A stretch of 64,000 nt of DNA from Torpedo marmorata. Lineage: Eukaryota. The translations under genes and the position numbers were made by a program. The stretch is taken from assembly GCA_977017645.1 (NCBI GenBank), contig OZ360222.1, positions 94,922,001 to 94,986,000 on the forward strand, written 5' to 3'. This document shows, piece after piece, positions 12,620 through 25,752 of this stretch. How positions within the stretch are numbered: the stretch's first letter is position 1; each line of letters starts with the position of its first letter. The notes under the pieces were generated by a model. The model had not been told where the DNA came from. It did no database searches and saw nothing but the letters and a program-made list of their open reading frames with translations.

Positions 12620-13480
12620 AGTAATTTTATTTGAAGGATATTAAAGTGGAAGTCTTCATCAGGCCTTGGGGACACCATTTTATTATCCTTCAAAACACCC
12701 AGAATCAACTCGTTCTTGATCTCAAAATGTCTTTAAACATTGCATTGTCCACCTGGTCTTCCCTATCACTACATGTTCTTCTCCTTGATGAATACCAATG
12801 CAAAGTATTCATTTGTATCTGACTCTGTATAAACTCCTTCCTCGGTGGTCCTATTTTCTCCCAAGTCACCCTCCTGTTTTTAATGTAAGTATAAAATGTC
12901 TTGGTATTCTCTTTAATTCTATTACCACAGTCATTACCCCTTTTGACTTTTGTAAACCACTTCTTGAGCTCTTTCCTGGAATCTTTATATTCCTCAAGGG
13001 CCCTGTTTGATTTTAAATTTAGACAAAAAGCACAGTAACAGTCCCTTTCGGCCCACAAGCCCGTGCCACCCAATTACACCCAATTGACCTACAACCCCAG
13101 GTACGTTTTGAACGGTGGGAGGAAACTGGAGCCCCCAGGGAAAATGCACGCAGATACGGGGAGAACGTACAAACTCCTTACAGACAGCGCGGGATTCCAA
13201 CCCCGGTCCTGATCGCTTGCGCTGTAACAGTGTTGCGCTAACCGTGCCGCCCAATTCCTAAATTTTAACTTTCTAAACCTGATACGTTTCCTTTCTCTTT
13301 TTAACTAAATTCACAACCTTTCTCGTCATCTAAGGTTCAATTAGCTTGCCATCGTGTCCTTCTTTCTTACTTGAACATGCCAGACCTGGATTCTAATTAG
13401 ATGATCCTTAAACAGCACCAGATGTCGGTTGTGGATTTGCCTGTTAAGAGCTGCTCCCAATTAACTCGCCCTTGCTCCTG
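12620..13480 (-). mobile_element. Degraded CR1 ORF2 fragment interrupted by a SINE
   Basis: ALEEYKDSRKELKK...RIKENTKTFYTYIKNRR is a CR1 linker motif. Confidence 0.7.
13011..13252 (-). mobile_element. tRNA-derived V-SINE (HE1-like)
   Basis: GGGCGGCACGG head, B-box-like GGTTGGAATCC, V-domain GTTTGTACGTTCTCCCCG, CR1-like tail; near-identical to the copies at 15727 and 32876. Confidence 0.88.
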
Positions 13481-14849
13481 CCTAGAAAAAATCATGATTG
13501 GTATTTTATCTGAAAACAGTATTCTCCAGATCTGGATAAAATGAAAATTGAATTTTTTAAGGAAAACTGAGAGTTCACTTTCCAATTTCTAGGTACAAGG
13601 ATGTGTCCTTTGAAATAATCTCCCATTTCTAGTACCTGACAATCAATAACATTTACTGTAATCTTTTAGATGCTGTTAGGTTGGTATGTATCCCTTCCTG
13701 AAACATGTTGGTGCACGAAACTTGCTTTGTCCAAGAAAAGATTCATAATGATATGAAAATTGCTGCTACAATGCATTCTTTTGATGGTTGGTTTTTACAT
13801 AATCCATAAATCCAACAATAAACATTAGAATAACAAAGAGGCCATAAGCATACAAAAGTCTACATCTGATTGTACTTTATATACATTGGTGAAACAATGC
13901 ACAAAGCCATATTAGAAATTCACCTTCCTCTCAATAATTGTACTATTAAAAGAAATGTCATGTCAATCATCGTCATGTCCTGTTTCTCCCACAAGGCACC
14001 AGTGGGGTCTATCTCAGTAAGACTTCGATAACGTGAGAGGGGCTTGCAAACAAAACCCATGATGTGAAATGCAGATGTATCTCGGTGAGGCACTGGGAAT
14101 ATGGAGGAAGAGTAGTCAATAAAACTCCAGCTTTAAACCGGTGAGTGCAAGATACTACTACTTTGACAGCCAGTGGATCTAGGCAGGGGGTGAGGCCTTG
14201 ATAGTTGTCATGGCCAGTCAACAGCAGTGTCAGCACTTACTGTTGGATTGACCATTCACTAATCAATTGGAACAACGTTACTTAGAAAGAACACGCCTAA
14301 CGAAAATGTTAGATGAAACTGCATCCACCCAATGGCATGCAACTGCTGAGTGTGTGTGACTCATCAGTCAATGGAAGAAGTGAAACTACTGTAAACAATT
14401 GCCACTACTTCCAGAAAGACAGATGCTCACAAATGACCATTCAGTATATTGCTCCAACACTCAAAACTTCAGTTGTACCTTGGGTTAAGAGCTTTGAACA
14501 CAACAGATGAGACCTTTCATTTCTGTAAACACTTGCCTTCAGACCTCATTTACTACATGCTCAACCAGCAGAAATGGAGGGGAGCACAACTCAGCACTTG
14601 GGAAATGGCTGTGGATCAGACCTAGATCAGTCCTGCATCAATACATTGTTCACTGTTGTATGAATCGTTACGGGTTAAAACAAAGACAGATTGAGGGACC
14701 AAAAGTTTATAGGAATGGAGAATGACTGATTACTTTGCAATGGTGGAGAGGAATGCCACTAGTTTTGGGAGGGGAAAGTGAAGATGACAACTTGCTCTGA
14801 TGGTAGGGGAAAGTTGATATTGTAGGTTAATTCTATTCTCCACTCAACC

Positions 14850-14945
14850 AGCTGATCTATCTCACTCCTGTACACTTCCTCATTGCCGTCTGTGATTCTG
14901 CCGACGACCGTGGTGTCAGCTGCAAATTTGTAGATGGGATGGCAC
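14850..14945 (-). mobile_element. Short Rex1/Babar-like RT fragment
   Basis: Minus translation is approximately IYKFADTTVVGRITDGNEEVYRSE. Confidence 0.55.
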
Positions 14946-15039
14946 GACTACATCTGACTCCAACTATCAGGCCAAGTCTGTATTTCATTCGCCAGCTCAA
15001 CCCACATTTCATGCTGTCTAACCTTCAGACCAGCCTACC

Positions 15040-16340
15040 TTGTGGGATAATTGAGTGAGAATGCACACAGATTCGGTGATAAGACATTGCCAAGGATAAG
15101 AGATTCACTAACTAACAGAAAAGAGAGTGATGGGATAAATGGGTAATTTTCAGACAGGCAATCAGTAATTAAGACATGCCAATGGGACTGGTGAATGAGC
15201 ATCAAATATTTAAAATGTCTGTCAATTACTTGGATAAAGGCACTGAGTTCATCCTAACCAAATATGTTGTTGATACGTAGATAGATAGGTTAGTAAGTGG
15301 AGGACACAAAAATCCTGCAAATAAATGTAGATAAGTTAATGAAGTCAGCAGATGGATTATAATGTGGGAAAATGTGAGGTTATCTATTTTGCCAAGAAGA
15401 TTGAAAAAACAAAATAATATTCAAATAGAATGAAAATACAATACAAAATGATCTGGTGGTCCTGTTTTATGGGGGGAAAAAAGAGGATTAGCAAGCACAT
15501 GAAATAGGAAGGCTCATGAAATGTTGGTCTTAATTCAAAACGGTATGGAATAAACAGGTAAGGAAGATCTCAAAAATTCACAAGGTGCTTGTGAGACCAT
15601 ACCTGGAATAGTGCATGCTATTTTTTCTCTATATTTAAGATTGACTCATGAAACAATATTAAGCAGGTTGGAGTCAAGTGCATTCAAGTTTAGAATGAAA
15701 GGTGATCTTACTGAAACATATAAGACGGGCGGTACGGTTGGCATATGGGTGGCACGGTTGGTGTTACGGGCGGCACGGTTGGCGTAGCGGTTAGCGCAAC
15801 ACCTTTACAGCGCCAGCGATCAAGACCAGGGTTCAAATCCCGCGCTCTGTCTGTAAGGAGTTTGTACGTTCTCCCCGTGTCTGCATGGGTTTTCCCACCC
15901 TTCAAAAAACGTACCGGGGGTGTAGGTTAATTAGGTGTAAATTGGGCGGCACGGACTCGTAGGCCGAAATGTCCTGTTACCGTGCTGTATGTCTAAATTT
16001 TTTTTTAAATATTAAATTTAAAAAAGACTCATGGTATTAACAGGATGGATTCTGAGGATGATTGGAGAATCTGGAACTGGGGACATACTGCGGAAAAAAG
16101 GGACCGCCCTTTATAATGGATACGAGGAGAAATTTCTTCACTCAAGGTGTTGTGAATCTTTGGAATTCTCTACCCCGGGGAGAGATGGAGGTGACCACCG
16201 AATACAAATCCAGGTAAAGACCAGCAAATATTTTGAACTACAAAGGGTTCGGCAAAGTAATGTTGGGGTCAAGACTGAATCAACCACAATCTTACTGAAT
16301 GATGAAGCAGGCTTGAGAGATTGAATCTCCTTCCCCTGCT
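15040..16340 (+). mobile_element. Old degraded CR1 3' half, interrupted by a SINE
   Basis: CR1-like motifs (GTGAGACCATACCTGGAATA, TTCTTCACTCAAGGTGTTGTGAATCTTTGGAATTCTCT) and a decayed 3' tail. Confidence 0.7.
15727..16022 (+). mobile_element. HE1-like V-SINE with triplicated 5' head
   Basis: Three tandem heads, B box GGTTCAAATCC, V-domain, and tail GGCCGAAATGTCCTGTTACCGTGCTGTATGTCTAAA. Confidence 0.9.
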
Positions 16341-16647
16341 CTTTGTCAGATATTCATGGACAATAAATGCACCATTTCCATCCTCCTAACATTAAAGTTC
16401 TCTTACCACACTGGTAAAAGGTGTAGACATCTATCACACTGCAGATAATTTTGAAACCAAAAATTGGACCAGAAGTGTCAGTTTTGAAATAATTAAATTA
16501 TTGCTGCATACAAAATTGGCCAAACCCCCATATCAAATGTCTGAAAATGGGAGTTGCACGTCAACCTTCAAAATGACTGATTATTAAATCGGTTTGTTTG
16601 AACATGAGGACACGAATAGGTATGGCTCTAAATGACAAAAAGACACA

Positions 16648-18105
16648 GGAGGGGTACCGGAGGATTGGAGAATGGCAAATGTAGTCCCCTTGTTTAAAAA
16701 TTGTAATAGGGAGAATCCTGCAAATTACCAGTGAGTCTTATGTCAGTCGTGTGTGAACTGCTGGAGAGGATTCTTAGGGACAGGATATACGAGCATTTGG
16801 AGAAGCATAGTCTGCTCAGGAATAGTCAGCATGCTTTTGTGAAGGGCAGGTCGAGTCTCACAAACCTAATTGAGTTTTCTGAGGAAGTACAAAAGAAAAT
16901 GATGAAGGTAGGGTGGTAGATGTGATGTATATGGATTTTAGTAAGGTATTTCATAACGTCCCCCATGGTAAACTCATTCAAAAAGTCATGAGGCATGGGA
17001 TACATGGAAACTTGGCTGTGTGGATTCAAAATTGGCTTCCCTGCAGAAAGCAGAGGGTAGTAGTGGAAGGATCGTAATCTGCCTGGAGGTCAGTGACAAG
17101 TGGAGTTCAGCAGGGATCTGTTCTAGGACCCCTGCTCTTTATGATTTTTTATAAACGACCTGGACAAATTAGAAGGATGGGTCAGTAGGTTTTAAGATGA
17201 TACAAAGGTTGGAGGTGTTGTGGACGGTGTAGAATGTTGCCATAGGTTACAACGGCATATAGACAAGATAGAGAGTTGGGCAGAGAAGTGGCAGATGGAG
17301 TTCAATCTGGATACATATGAAGTGATGCATTTTGGAGGGTCAAAATTAAAGGTGGAGTATATGGTTAATGACAGGACTCTTAATGGTGTGGGGAACAGAG
17401 GGAACTTGGGGTCCAAATCCATAGATCTCTCAAGGTAGTCGCGCATTTAATAGGGTAGTTTTGAAGGCTTATAGTATGCTGAGCTTCATTAGTAGAGGGA
17501 CTGAGTTCAAGAGTCAAGAGGTAATGTTGCAGCTCTCAAAACTCTGGTTAGACCACAGATGGAATATTGTGTTCAGTTCTGGTCACCTCATTACAGGAAG
17601 GATGTGGAAGCGTTAGAGAGGGTGCAGAGGAAATTTACCAGGATGTTGCCTGGATTGGAGAACGTGTCTTGTGAGGCAAGGTTAGCAGAGCTAGGCCTTT
17701 TCTCTTTGGAGCGAAGAAGCATGAGAGATAACTTAATAGAGGTCTATACCATTATGAGAGGTATAGATAGGATGGATACCCAGCACCTTTTTCCAAGGGT
17801 GAGAGTAGCAAATACCAGAGAATATCTGTATAAGGTGAAGGGAGAAAAGATTTGGAGAGACATCAGGGGTAAGTTCTTTTACACAGAGAATAGTGGGTGC
17901 CTGGAATGCATTGTGAGGGGTGGTGGTGGAGGCTGGTACAATAGGAGCATTAAAAGACTTTGGAACAGGCACATGGATGCAAAAAAAAATAGAGGGTTAT
18001 GGGTGTGAGGTGGGGAAGGTTTAGATTGTTGAGTAGGTTTATATAGGTCGGCACAACATTTGTGGGCCGAAGGGCCTGTACTGTGCTGTAATATTTTGTG
18101 TTCTA
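16648..18105 (+). mobile_element. 5'-truncated CR1 LINE (RT to 3' tail), disrupted
   Basis: LERILRDRIYEHL and EYCVQFWSPHYRKD motifs; tail GGGCCGAAGGGCCTGTACTGTGCTGT. Confidence 0.9.
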
Positions 18106-18219
18106 AAAATACAATAAATGTACTCCAAAAAATTTCACAGATCTTTTTTTGTGTTATTTTTGGCTATTTACAACCAAGTTATTCACATGTGGTGGATCAG
18201 GTATTCTGATTAAAATGCT

Positions 18220-18318
18220 TATTTTATATTTTATTTTTATTTTATTTTATATTTTATTTTATTTATAGACACCGAATTTCATGACTTATTCATGACAGTA
18301 AATTCTGATTATTCTATT
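18220..18318 (+). repeat. (TTTTA)n microsatellite followed by a very short Rex/Babar-like 3' tail
   Basis: TTTTA-type repeats, then CACCGAATTTCATGACTTATTCATGACAGTAAATTCTGAT, matching 32125-32164. Confidence 0.6.
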
Positions 18319-19440
18319 TTCAGTTGTATCAGTTGAAATGTACTCAGAGACACAAATTCATCAAGGAACACATTTAAAGCACAAATGTTGCTAAACTGCA
18401 ATTTGCTTCATACATAACGTCCAAAAGAAAAACTGCTCCATCCAGTTAAATGAATTGGCTATATTTCCTCCTTGAATAAGTAAAGCTGGTACCACCTGCA
18501 AGGTGCTGATCTTATTGTAATTACATAAACATTTATCAGGCAATTTAAATGTAAGTGGATTAGTACTTTCATAATCCAGCCTCAAGTCTTACTTTGTTGG
18601 ATGCTGGCAAAAACTCTATTAGAATAACCAGTTCAACAAATTAGCTGAAAATTTAAATTTAAATTAAATACACTTCACACAAGTTAATCGAAAATAGATC
18701 CAGTAACAGTTAGCCTCTGGTTTCTGAAAATGCTTTTGTGAAGTATTAAACACATTTCTTCAATCTCACTGCACAACCCAGATATATATTTCCGATTTAG
18801 CAGAAACAACGGCGAAATTTGACTTGACTAGCTGCACAAAATGGGTGACAACATATTCTTAACCTGAAATGTTGTCTGGTTCTCTCTTTACAGATGCTGT
18901 TCGATGTGTTGAGTGTTTCACCAGTTCCTGTTTTTATTGCAAGTGGGAACGGTCACAGCAAAGAATCAATTTTAAAAAATCACAGTCAGCTGGGCAGAAG
19001 TTTGACAGGCGTAGGGCTAGGGTAGTGGGAAGAGGTGAGAAGAAAGGAGGGGAGTTGAAGTGGTGATGAAGATCAGACGTGTTAATGGGAGGAAGAGATC
19101 TTGAAGAAGGATCAAGATTAAGGCTTTGGAACAGGAGAAAGTAAGACTTGGAATTCAATAACTGAATTTTTCTGTAAAAATGACATTGCAGAAAGGAAAA
19201 TTTATAGGTTCAGTTGAGTCAAATTATAAACTGTCCATCACAGATGGACATCTTGTGTTAATGCTGATCAAGTTAGGAAACTTGCAAACATTTAGTGCAA
19301 TTAATAACAACAGCTTCTACAGTTGAAGCTTTAAAACGTCAAGTGATGTCATAACAAACAGAGATTCAGAACATCATAACAAGTGCCAGTATCTAATCCA
19401 ATTACGACTCATGTAGTAGTTTAGGAATTATTCACCTCTT

Positions 19441-20318
19441 TTTAAAAAAAAATATTTTATTTAAAATTTTAAATCACACGATAATACATGTTTATAAAAT
19501 ACAAAATTTTCAAAATACATGTGCTATATATTTTCACCCTCCCCTCCCTCCCTTCCCCCTCACTAACCCACCCACCCCTCTACTCTAATAAAAAAGAAAG
19601 AAAAAAGAATAGAGTGTGGAGAATGTCATTCTAAAAGAAACAACTATAAATTCATTTTATTGTGGAACACAGGTTCGCCAGTCAGACCCGATATCAAGAG
19701 ATCTTCAAATCCTTAAACCCACAGTTTTTGTATATGGGCTCCATACCTTCAAAAAGAAATGATATTTATTACATAAATTATAGGTAATTTTTTCAAGTGG
19801 TATGCATGAACGAAGTTCTGCATGCCATCTTTCTAACCCTAAATCTACATCAGATTTCCATGTAATAGCAATGCATTTCTTTGAAACAGCTAAAGCAATT
19901 TGCAAAAATTCTATTTGGTACATATTTAATCTCATTTTACTACTAATTCTTTTAATATCTCCAAACAAAAATATCCTAGGATCCATTGGGAATGTAATTC
20001 TCAATACTTTATCTAAAAACTTTTAAACTTTCAACCAAAAATCATATATCTTTGGACAAAACCACGTAGAATGTACAAAAGAACCTTCCAAGACAAAGTG
20101 AATTGGAGTTACTAGTTATTAATGGGGGTATAAATAAATTTATTTCTCAAATGTCTAGATTGTTACAGAAAAAATGCCAAAACCATGAATTCATAGATTA
20201 AGATTAAAATGGGAATTAGATCTGAATGTAACAATAGATGAGGAACATTGCAAAGAAATATGTAAACAATGTATGACGAAGATTATTAATGTTAGATATA
20301 GGTTAGTGCAATATAATT
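19441..20318 (-). mobile_element. L1 family A 3' fragment with 5' inversion
   Basis: 19441-20087 is the minus-strand 3' end (GSFVHSTW...LEKITY, 3'UTR); 20088-20318 is plus-strand upstream ORF2 sequence (RQSELELLV...RYRLVQYN). Confidence 0.85.
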
Positions 20319-20727
20319 GAAAAATCTAGTACCACATTGAATGCTGATTCCAATTGTTATTTTATATTCAAAACGTTTGAAATGGTTAATCATCACTGTC
20401 ATAGATTAACACATAAATAAAAGTGATTTCAATTCAACGCAAACAATAAACCACAGGAAATTAAAATAAATGTTTCAGTACACTTGATTCTTTATACAAA
20501 GAACATCAAGATCTCAGGGATGGTGCACAGGAAACGTACTAGAAATTGAAAAATTTACGTAATTTATGTATAACTGGGGGACTGGGATAGTTTTCTTATG
20601 AGCAGAGAGGATGAAAGTGACAAATAAAATACTTTACAAACATATATATGAACCTATAGATTGGAAACAAGAGTAGGGCACCAGAACTCTAAAGACTGTT
20701 TTACCATTTTATAAAATCATGGCGGAT

Positions 20728-23607
20728 CTAGAACACAGAACAGTACAGCACAGTACAGGCCCTTCGGCCCACAATGTTGTGCTGACCTTTAGTCCCTGCC
20801 TCCCACATAACCCTCCACTTTAAATTCATCCATTGCTTGTCTAGTGTCTCTTGAATTTCACCAATGTACCTGCCTCCACCACTGACCCAGGTAGTGCATT
20901 CAGTGGCAGATTAACCATTAGGCTGAGTAGGCTTAAGCCTAGGGGCCCGGAAGGGAGGGGGGCCCGGCAGGAGCGGGGACATCAGGCTCCCGATAGGAGT
21001 GGGGACTTCGGGCTCCCGGCAGGAGTGGGGACCTCGGGCTCCCGGCAGGAGCGTTTGGAGACCCCTAATATGTTATTTAACGTAACTTAACGTCACTTTA
21101 TTCTGTTCAACGGGGGGCAAAGGTCAGGGGGAGCCAAACTAAAGCTCACCTTAGGGGCCCGGGTGGTAGTTAATCCGCCACTGAGTGCATTCCACATACC
21201 AACCACTCTCTGGGTAAAAAACCTTCCTCTAATATCTCCCTTGAACTTCCCACCCATTACCTTAAAGCCATGCCCTCTTGTATTGAGCAGTGGTGCCCTG
21301 GGAAGGAGGCGCAGGCTGTCCACTCTATTTATTCTTCTTAATATCTTGTATACCTCTATCATGTCTCCTCTCATCCTCCTTCTCTCTCATCCTCCTTCTG
21401 TCCAAAGAGTAAAGCCCTAGCCCCCTTAATCTCTGCTCATAATGCATACTCTCTAAACCAAGTAGCATCCTGGTAAATCTCCTCTGCACCCTTTCCAATG
21501 CTTCCACCTCTTTCCTATAATGAGGCGACCAGAACTGGACACAGTACTCCAAGTGTGGTCTAACCAGAGTTTTTTAGAGCTGCATCATTACCTCGTGGCT
21601 CTTAAACTTAATCTCTCGACTTATGAAAGTTGACACCCCATAAGCTTTCTTAACTACCCTGTCTACCTGTGAGGCAACTTTCAGGGAACTGTGGACATGG
21701 ACCCCCAGATCCCTTTGCTCTTCCACACTACCAAGAATCCTGCCATTAACTTTGTACTCTGCCTTGGAGTCTGTCCTTCCAAAGTGTACCACCTCACACT
21801 TCTCCGGATTGAACTCCATCTGCCAATTCTCAGCCCAGCTCTGCATCCTATCAATGTCCCTCTGCAATCTTCTACAATCCTCTACACTCTCCACAACACC
21901 ACCAACCTTTGTGTCGTCTGCAAACTTGTCAACCCACCCTTTCACCCCCTCGTCCAAGTCATTAATAAAAATCACGAAAAGCAGAGGTCCCAGAACCGAT
22001 CCTTGTGGGACTCCACTCGACGCAACCCTCCAATCCGAATGTACTCCCTCCACCACAACCCTCTGCTTTCTACAGGCACGCCAATTCTGAATCTGCATGG
22101 CCAAGCTTCCCTGGATCCCATGCCTTCTGACTTTCTGAATAAGCCTACCATGTGGAAACTTGTTAAATGCCTTACTAAAATCCATGTACACCACATCCAC
22201 CACACTACCCTCATTAATTTGTCTGGTCACCTCCTCAAAGAACTCTATCAGGCTTGTGAGACATGATCTGCTCTTCACAAAGCCATGCTGACTGTCCCTG
22301 ATCAGACCATGATTCTCTAAATGCCCATAGATCCTATCTCTAAGAATCCTTTCCAACAGCTTGCCCACCACAGACATAAGGCTCACTGGTCTATAATTAC
22401 CTGGACTTTCCCTACTACCTTTTTTGAAAAAGGGGACAACATTTGCCACCCTCCAATCCTCTGGTACCATTCCCAAGGATAACGAGGACACAAAGATCCT
22501 AGCCAGAGACTCAGCAATCTCCTCCCTCGCCTTGTGGAGCAGCCTGGGGAATATTCCGTCAGGCCCCGGGGACTTATCCGTCCTAATGCATTTTAACAGC
22601 TCCAGCACATCCTCTCTCTTAATATCAACATGCTCTAGAACATTAGCCCCACCCATATTGTCCTCACCGTCATCAAGGTCCTTCTCCTTGGTGAATACTG
22701 AAGAGAAGTATTCATTGAGGACCTCACCCACTTCCACAGCCTCCAGGTACATCTTCCTACCTTCACTCCTGTCATCCTTCTGTTCTTCACATAAGTGAAG
22801 AATGCCTTGGGGTTTTCCTTAACCCTACTTGCCAAGGCCATCTCATGTCCCCTTCTTGCTCTCCTCAGCCCCCTCTTAAGCTCCTTTCTTGCTACCTGAT
22901 ATTCCTCAAGAGACCTATCTGATCCTTGCCGCCTAAACCTCATGTATGCTGCCTTCTTCCACCTGACTAGATTTTCCACCTCTCTTGTCAACCATGGTTC
23001 CTTCACCCTACCATGCTTTCTCTGCCTCACCGGGACAAATTTATCCCTAACAACCTGCAAGAGATCCATAAACATCGACGACATCTCCATAGTACATTTC
23101 CCTGCAAAAATGTCATCCCAATTCACACCCGCAAGTTCTAGCCTTATAGCCTCATAATTAGCCCTTCCCCAATTAAATATTTAACTGTCATCTCTGACTC
23201 TATCCTTGTCCATGACAATGTTAAAGGCCAGGGAGCGGTGGTCACTGTCCCCCAAATGTTCACCCACTGAGAGATCTGTGACCTGACCCGGTTCATTCCC
23301 TAATACTAGATCTAATATGGCATTCCCCCTAGTCAACCTGTGAACATACTGTGACAGGAATCCGTCCTGGACACACTTAACAAACTCTGCCCCGTCTAAA
23401 CCTTTGGTACTAAGCAGGTGCCAATCAATATTAGGGAAGTTGAAGTCACCCATGATAACAACCCTGTTATTTTTGCACCTTTCCAAAATCTGCCTCCCAA
23501 TCTGCCCCTCAGTATCCCTGCTGCTACCAGGGGGCCTATAGAATACTTCCAATAGAGTAACTGCTCCCTTCCTGTTCCTAACTTCCACCCATACTGACTC
23601 AATAGAG
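20728..23607 (-). mobile_element. 5'-truncated CR1 LINE (partial EN, RT, 3' tail)
   Basis: GDFNFPNIDW, SDH, KSPGPDG, GVPQGSVLGP, KFADD; 16-bp tandem duplication at 21368-21399; tail near 20728-20780. Confidence 0.93.
20901..21183. mobile_element. hAT-type MITE (283 bp) inserted in CR1
   Basis: TIRs CAGTGGCAGATTAAC / GTTAATCCGCCACTG; 8-bp TSD AGTGCATT at 20893-20900 and 21184-21191; internal ~25-bp GC-rich repeats. Confidence 0.92.
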
Positions 23608-23718
23608 CAGGCCGAATCCAAATTTATCCGGCCCACAACCCAATGCAAAAGTCTTTCCCTGCGCCGCCGCCGCCAAGCAAAGGGGCTCCTACTATTTGGC
23701 AGGGGGACGAGCAGTAGA

Positions 23719-23928
23719 ATGGACGGGCAGGTGGCTGCCATGGCTTCGGCGGGCGGCAATGCGGGCTGTCCAAGCCAGGCTCCAACGGCGCTGGATAAAA
23801 TCGCCTCGGAAAACCACGGTGAGCCTGACGCGTCCACCGTGCCAGGGATTTTGCACTTCATTCAGCACGAGTGGGCGCATTTCGAGATGAAGAAAGCACG
23901 ATGGGAAGCGGAAAAAGCTGAGCTGCAA
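23719..23928 (+). CDS. STRN4: Striatin-family first coding exon (most like STRN4); functional gene or duplicated fragment
   Basis: PGILHFIQHEWAHFEMKKARWEAEKAELQ matches the striatin N-terminal caveolin-binding/coiled-coil motif (human STRN4 as recalled: LPGILHFIQHEWARFEAEKARWEAERAELQ). It is followed by a CAA|GTAAGC donor in a small GC-rich patch. The paralog assignment is from memory. Confidence 0.8.
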
Positions 23929-25752
23929 GTAAGCGGAGGGAGGGGGGTGGGGGTGGGGGGGAACATTGAAAAGAAACTGCCCTGGTACACCCTGGCTTAT
24001 TCCTTACCTCACAGGGGATCGGGTCTCGCAGTCTCTCGCTCAAATCCCGAACACTCTGAATGCAGCCATAACTCCGCATCCCTACCTACACATGTAATCT
24101 CTCACCATTCATTTCTTAAAAATATATTTTACTTCACCTTAAAAATATTCAAAGGCAGTGTTTCTACCATGCTTTGAAGAAGAGAGTTCATGGACCACAG
24201 CAAAGAATATTTGAAACTTTGTTGAAACCACATCTGAAGAATGGTGCATTCAAACCCTTAAGGACACAATTAAATCAGATGGGCTTTGATAATAATCTAT
24301 TAGGTTCATGGTTACTAATGCTATGTTTTTAAAGATTTATTTAACTTTTTACAGATTTATTAATTAACTGCAATTAAATTGCCATGCGGGACCTGATAAC
24401 AGTAAAATAAAATAATGGTACCACATTCTACAACATCTAAATTAAGCATGATTTAATTTTCCGTGGCAAACAGCGCACACAATTAGTTTTGTTTGGATAG
24501 TGAGATATGGACCAAAACGAGAGCACTTGGTACAAATTACAATTAAGTTAATTTTGTACAAAAATAGAGGGTAGTTACAGAGTACAAAGGTATCAAAACA
24601 TGAGAATAAAATTATTCTGATTGGAAGCAGGCAAATAAAATATTAGCCTTTAGAAATTAGAACATTGCAGCACAGTACAGGCCCTTCGGCCCTCGATGTT
24701 GTGCCGACATATATATTCCTACCAAAAAAATACTAAAACCTTCCTACCTCATAACCCTCTATTTTTCTTTCGTCCTTATACCTGAATAAGAGTCTTTTAA
24801 ATGCCCCTATTGTTCCAGCATCCACCACCACCACCACTAGCAAGGCATTCCAGGTACCCACAACTCTCAGTGTAAAAAAACCTACCCCTAATGTCTCCCC
24901 TAAACCTTCCTCCCTTCACTTTATACAGATGTCCTCCGGTATTTGCTATTCCTGCCCTGGGAAATAGGCGCTAGTTGTCCACCTTATCTATGTCTCTCAG
25001 AATATTGTAGACATCTATCAAGTCTCCTCTCATTCTTCTTCACTCCAAAGAGAAAAGTCCTAGCTCTGCTAACCTTGCCTCATAAGACTTATTTTCCAAT
25101 CCAGGCAAAATCCTGGTAAATCAACTCTGCACCCTCTCCACAGCTTCCACATCCTTCCTATAATGAGGTGACCAGAACTGAAGACAATACCCTAAGTGTG
25201 GTCTCACCAGAGATTTGTAGAGTTGCAACATGACCTCTCGACTCTTGAACTTAATCCTCCTGTTAAAGAAGCCCAGCATCCAATAGACCTTCTTTCTTTC
25301 TTTTTCAATCTTTTTTATTGATTTTTATAAGAAATACAATACAATAAAGAAAAGGGAACAAAATTGAAAATACAATATCACATATGTATATATATATTAA
25401 AATAAAACTTCAAACAGTATAAACTCGATCCCCCTCCACTGCAATAGGTGACAATGAAAAAAAACATCAAAAGTATTATATATATTAAAAAAAACCTAAC
25501 CTACTCTAATAAAAAAAACAACTAACAAGAAACAGCTGAGCAGCTTATCCTGAAGGTTATATATATTTTGTAATTTTTGGTTCCTACCGTAAATCAAAAA
25601 ACAAAGGAAAGTAAATACATCTAATCACATTAGAAACACTTACATCATATGAAAATAAGACATAAAAGGTCGCCATGTATCTTAAAATTTCACCGATGAA
25701 TCAAATACATGATATCTAATTTTTTCTAAACTTAAACAAAACATAATATGAG

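Noticed and set aside
23181-23861. 226-aa minus-strand ORF with a novel N-terminus
   Set aside because: Antisense of the striatin exon reading into CR1 endonuclease sequence.
23929-24177. Extension of the striatin ORF to 152 aa
   Set aside because: Homology ends at the GTAAGC donor; the rest is intron read-through.
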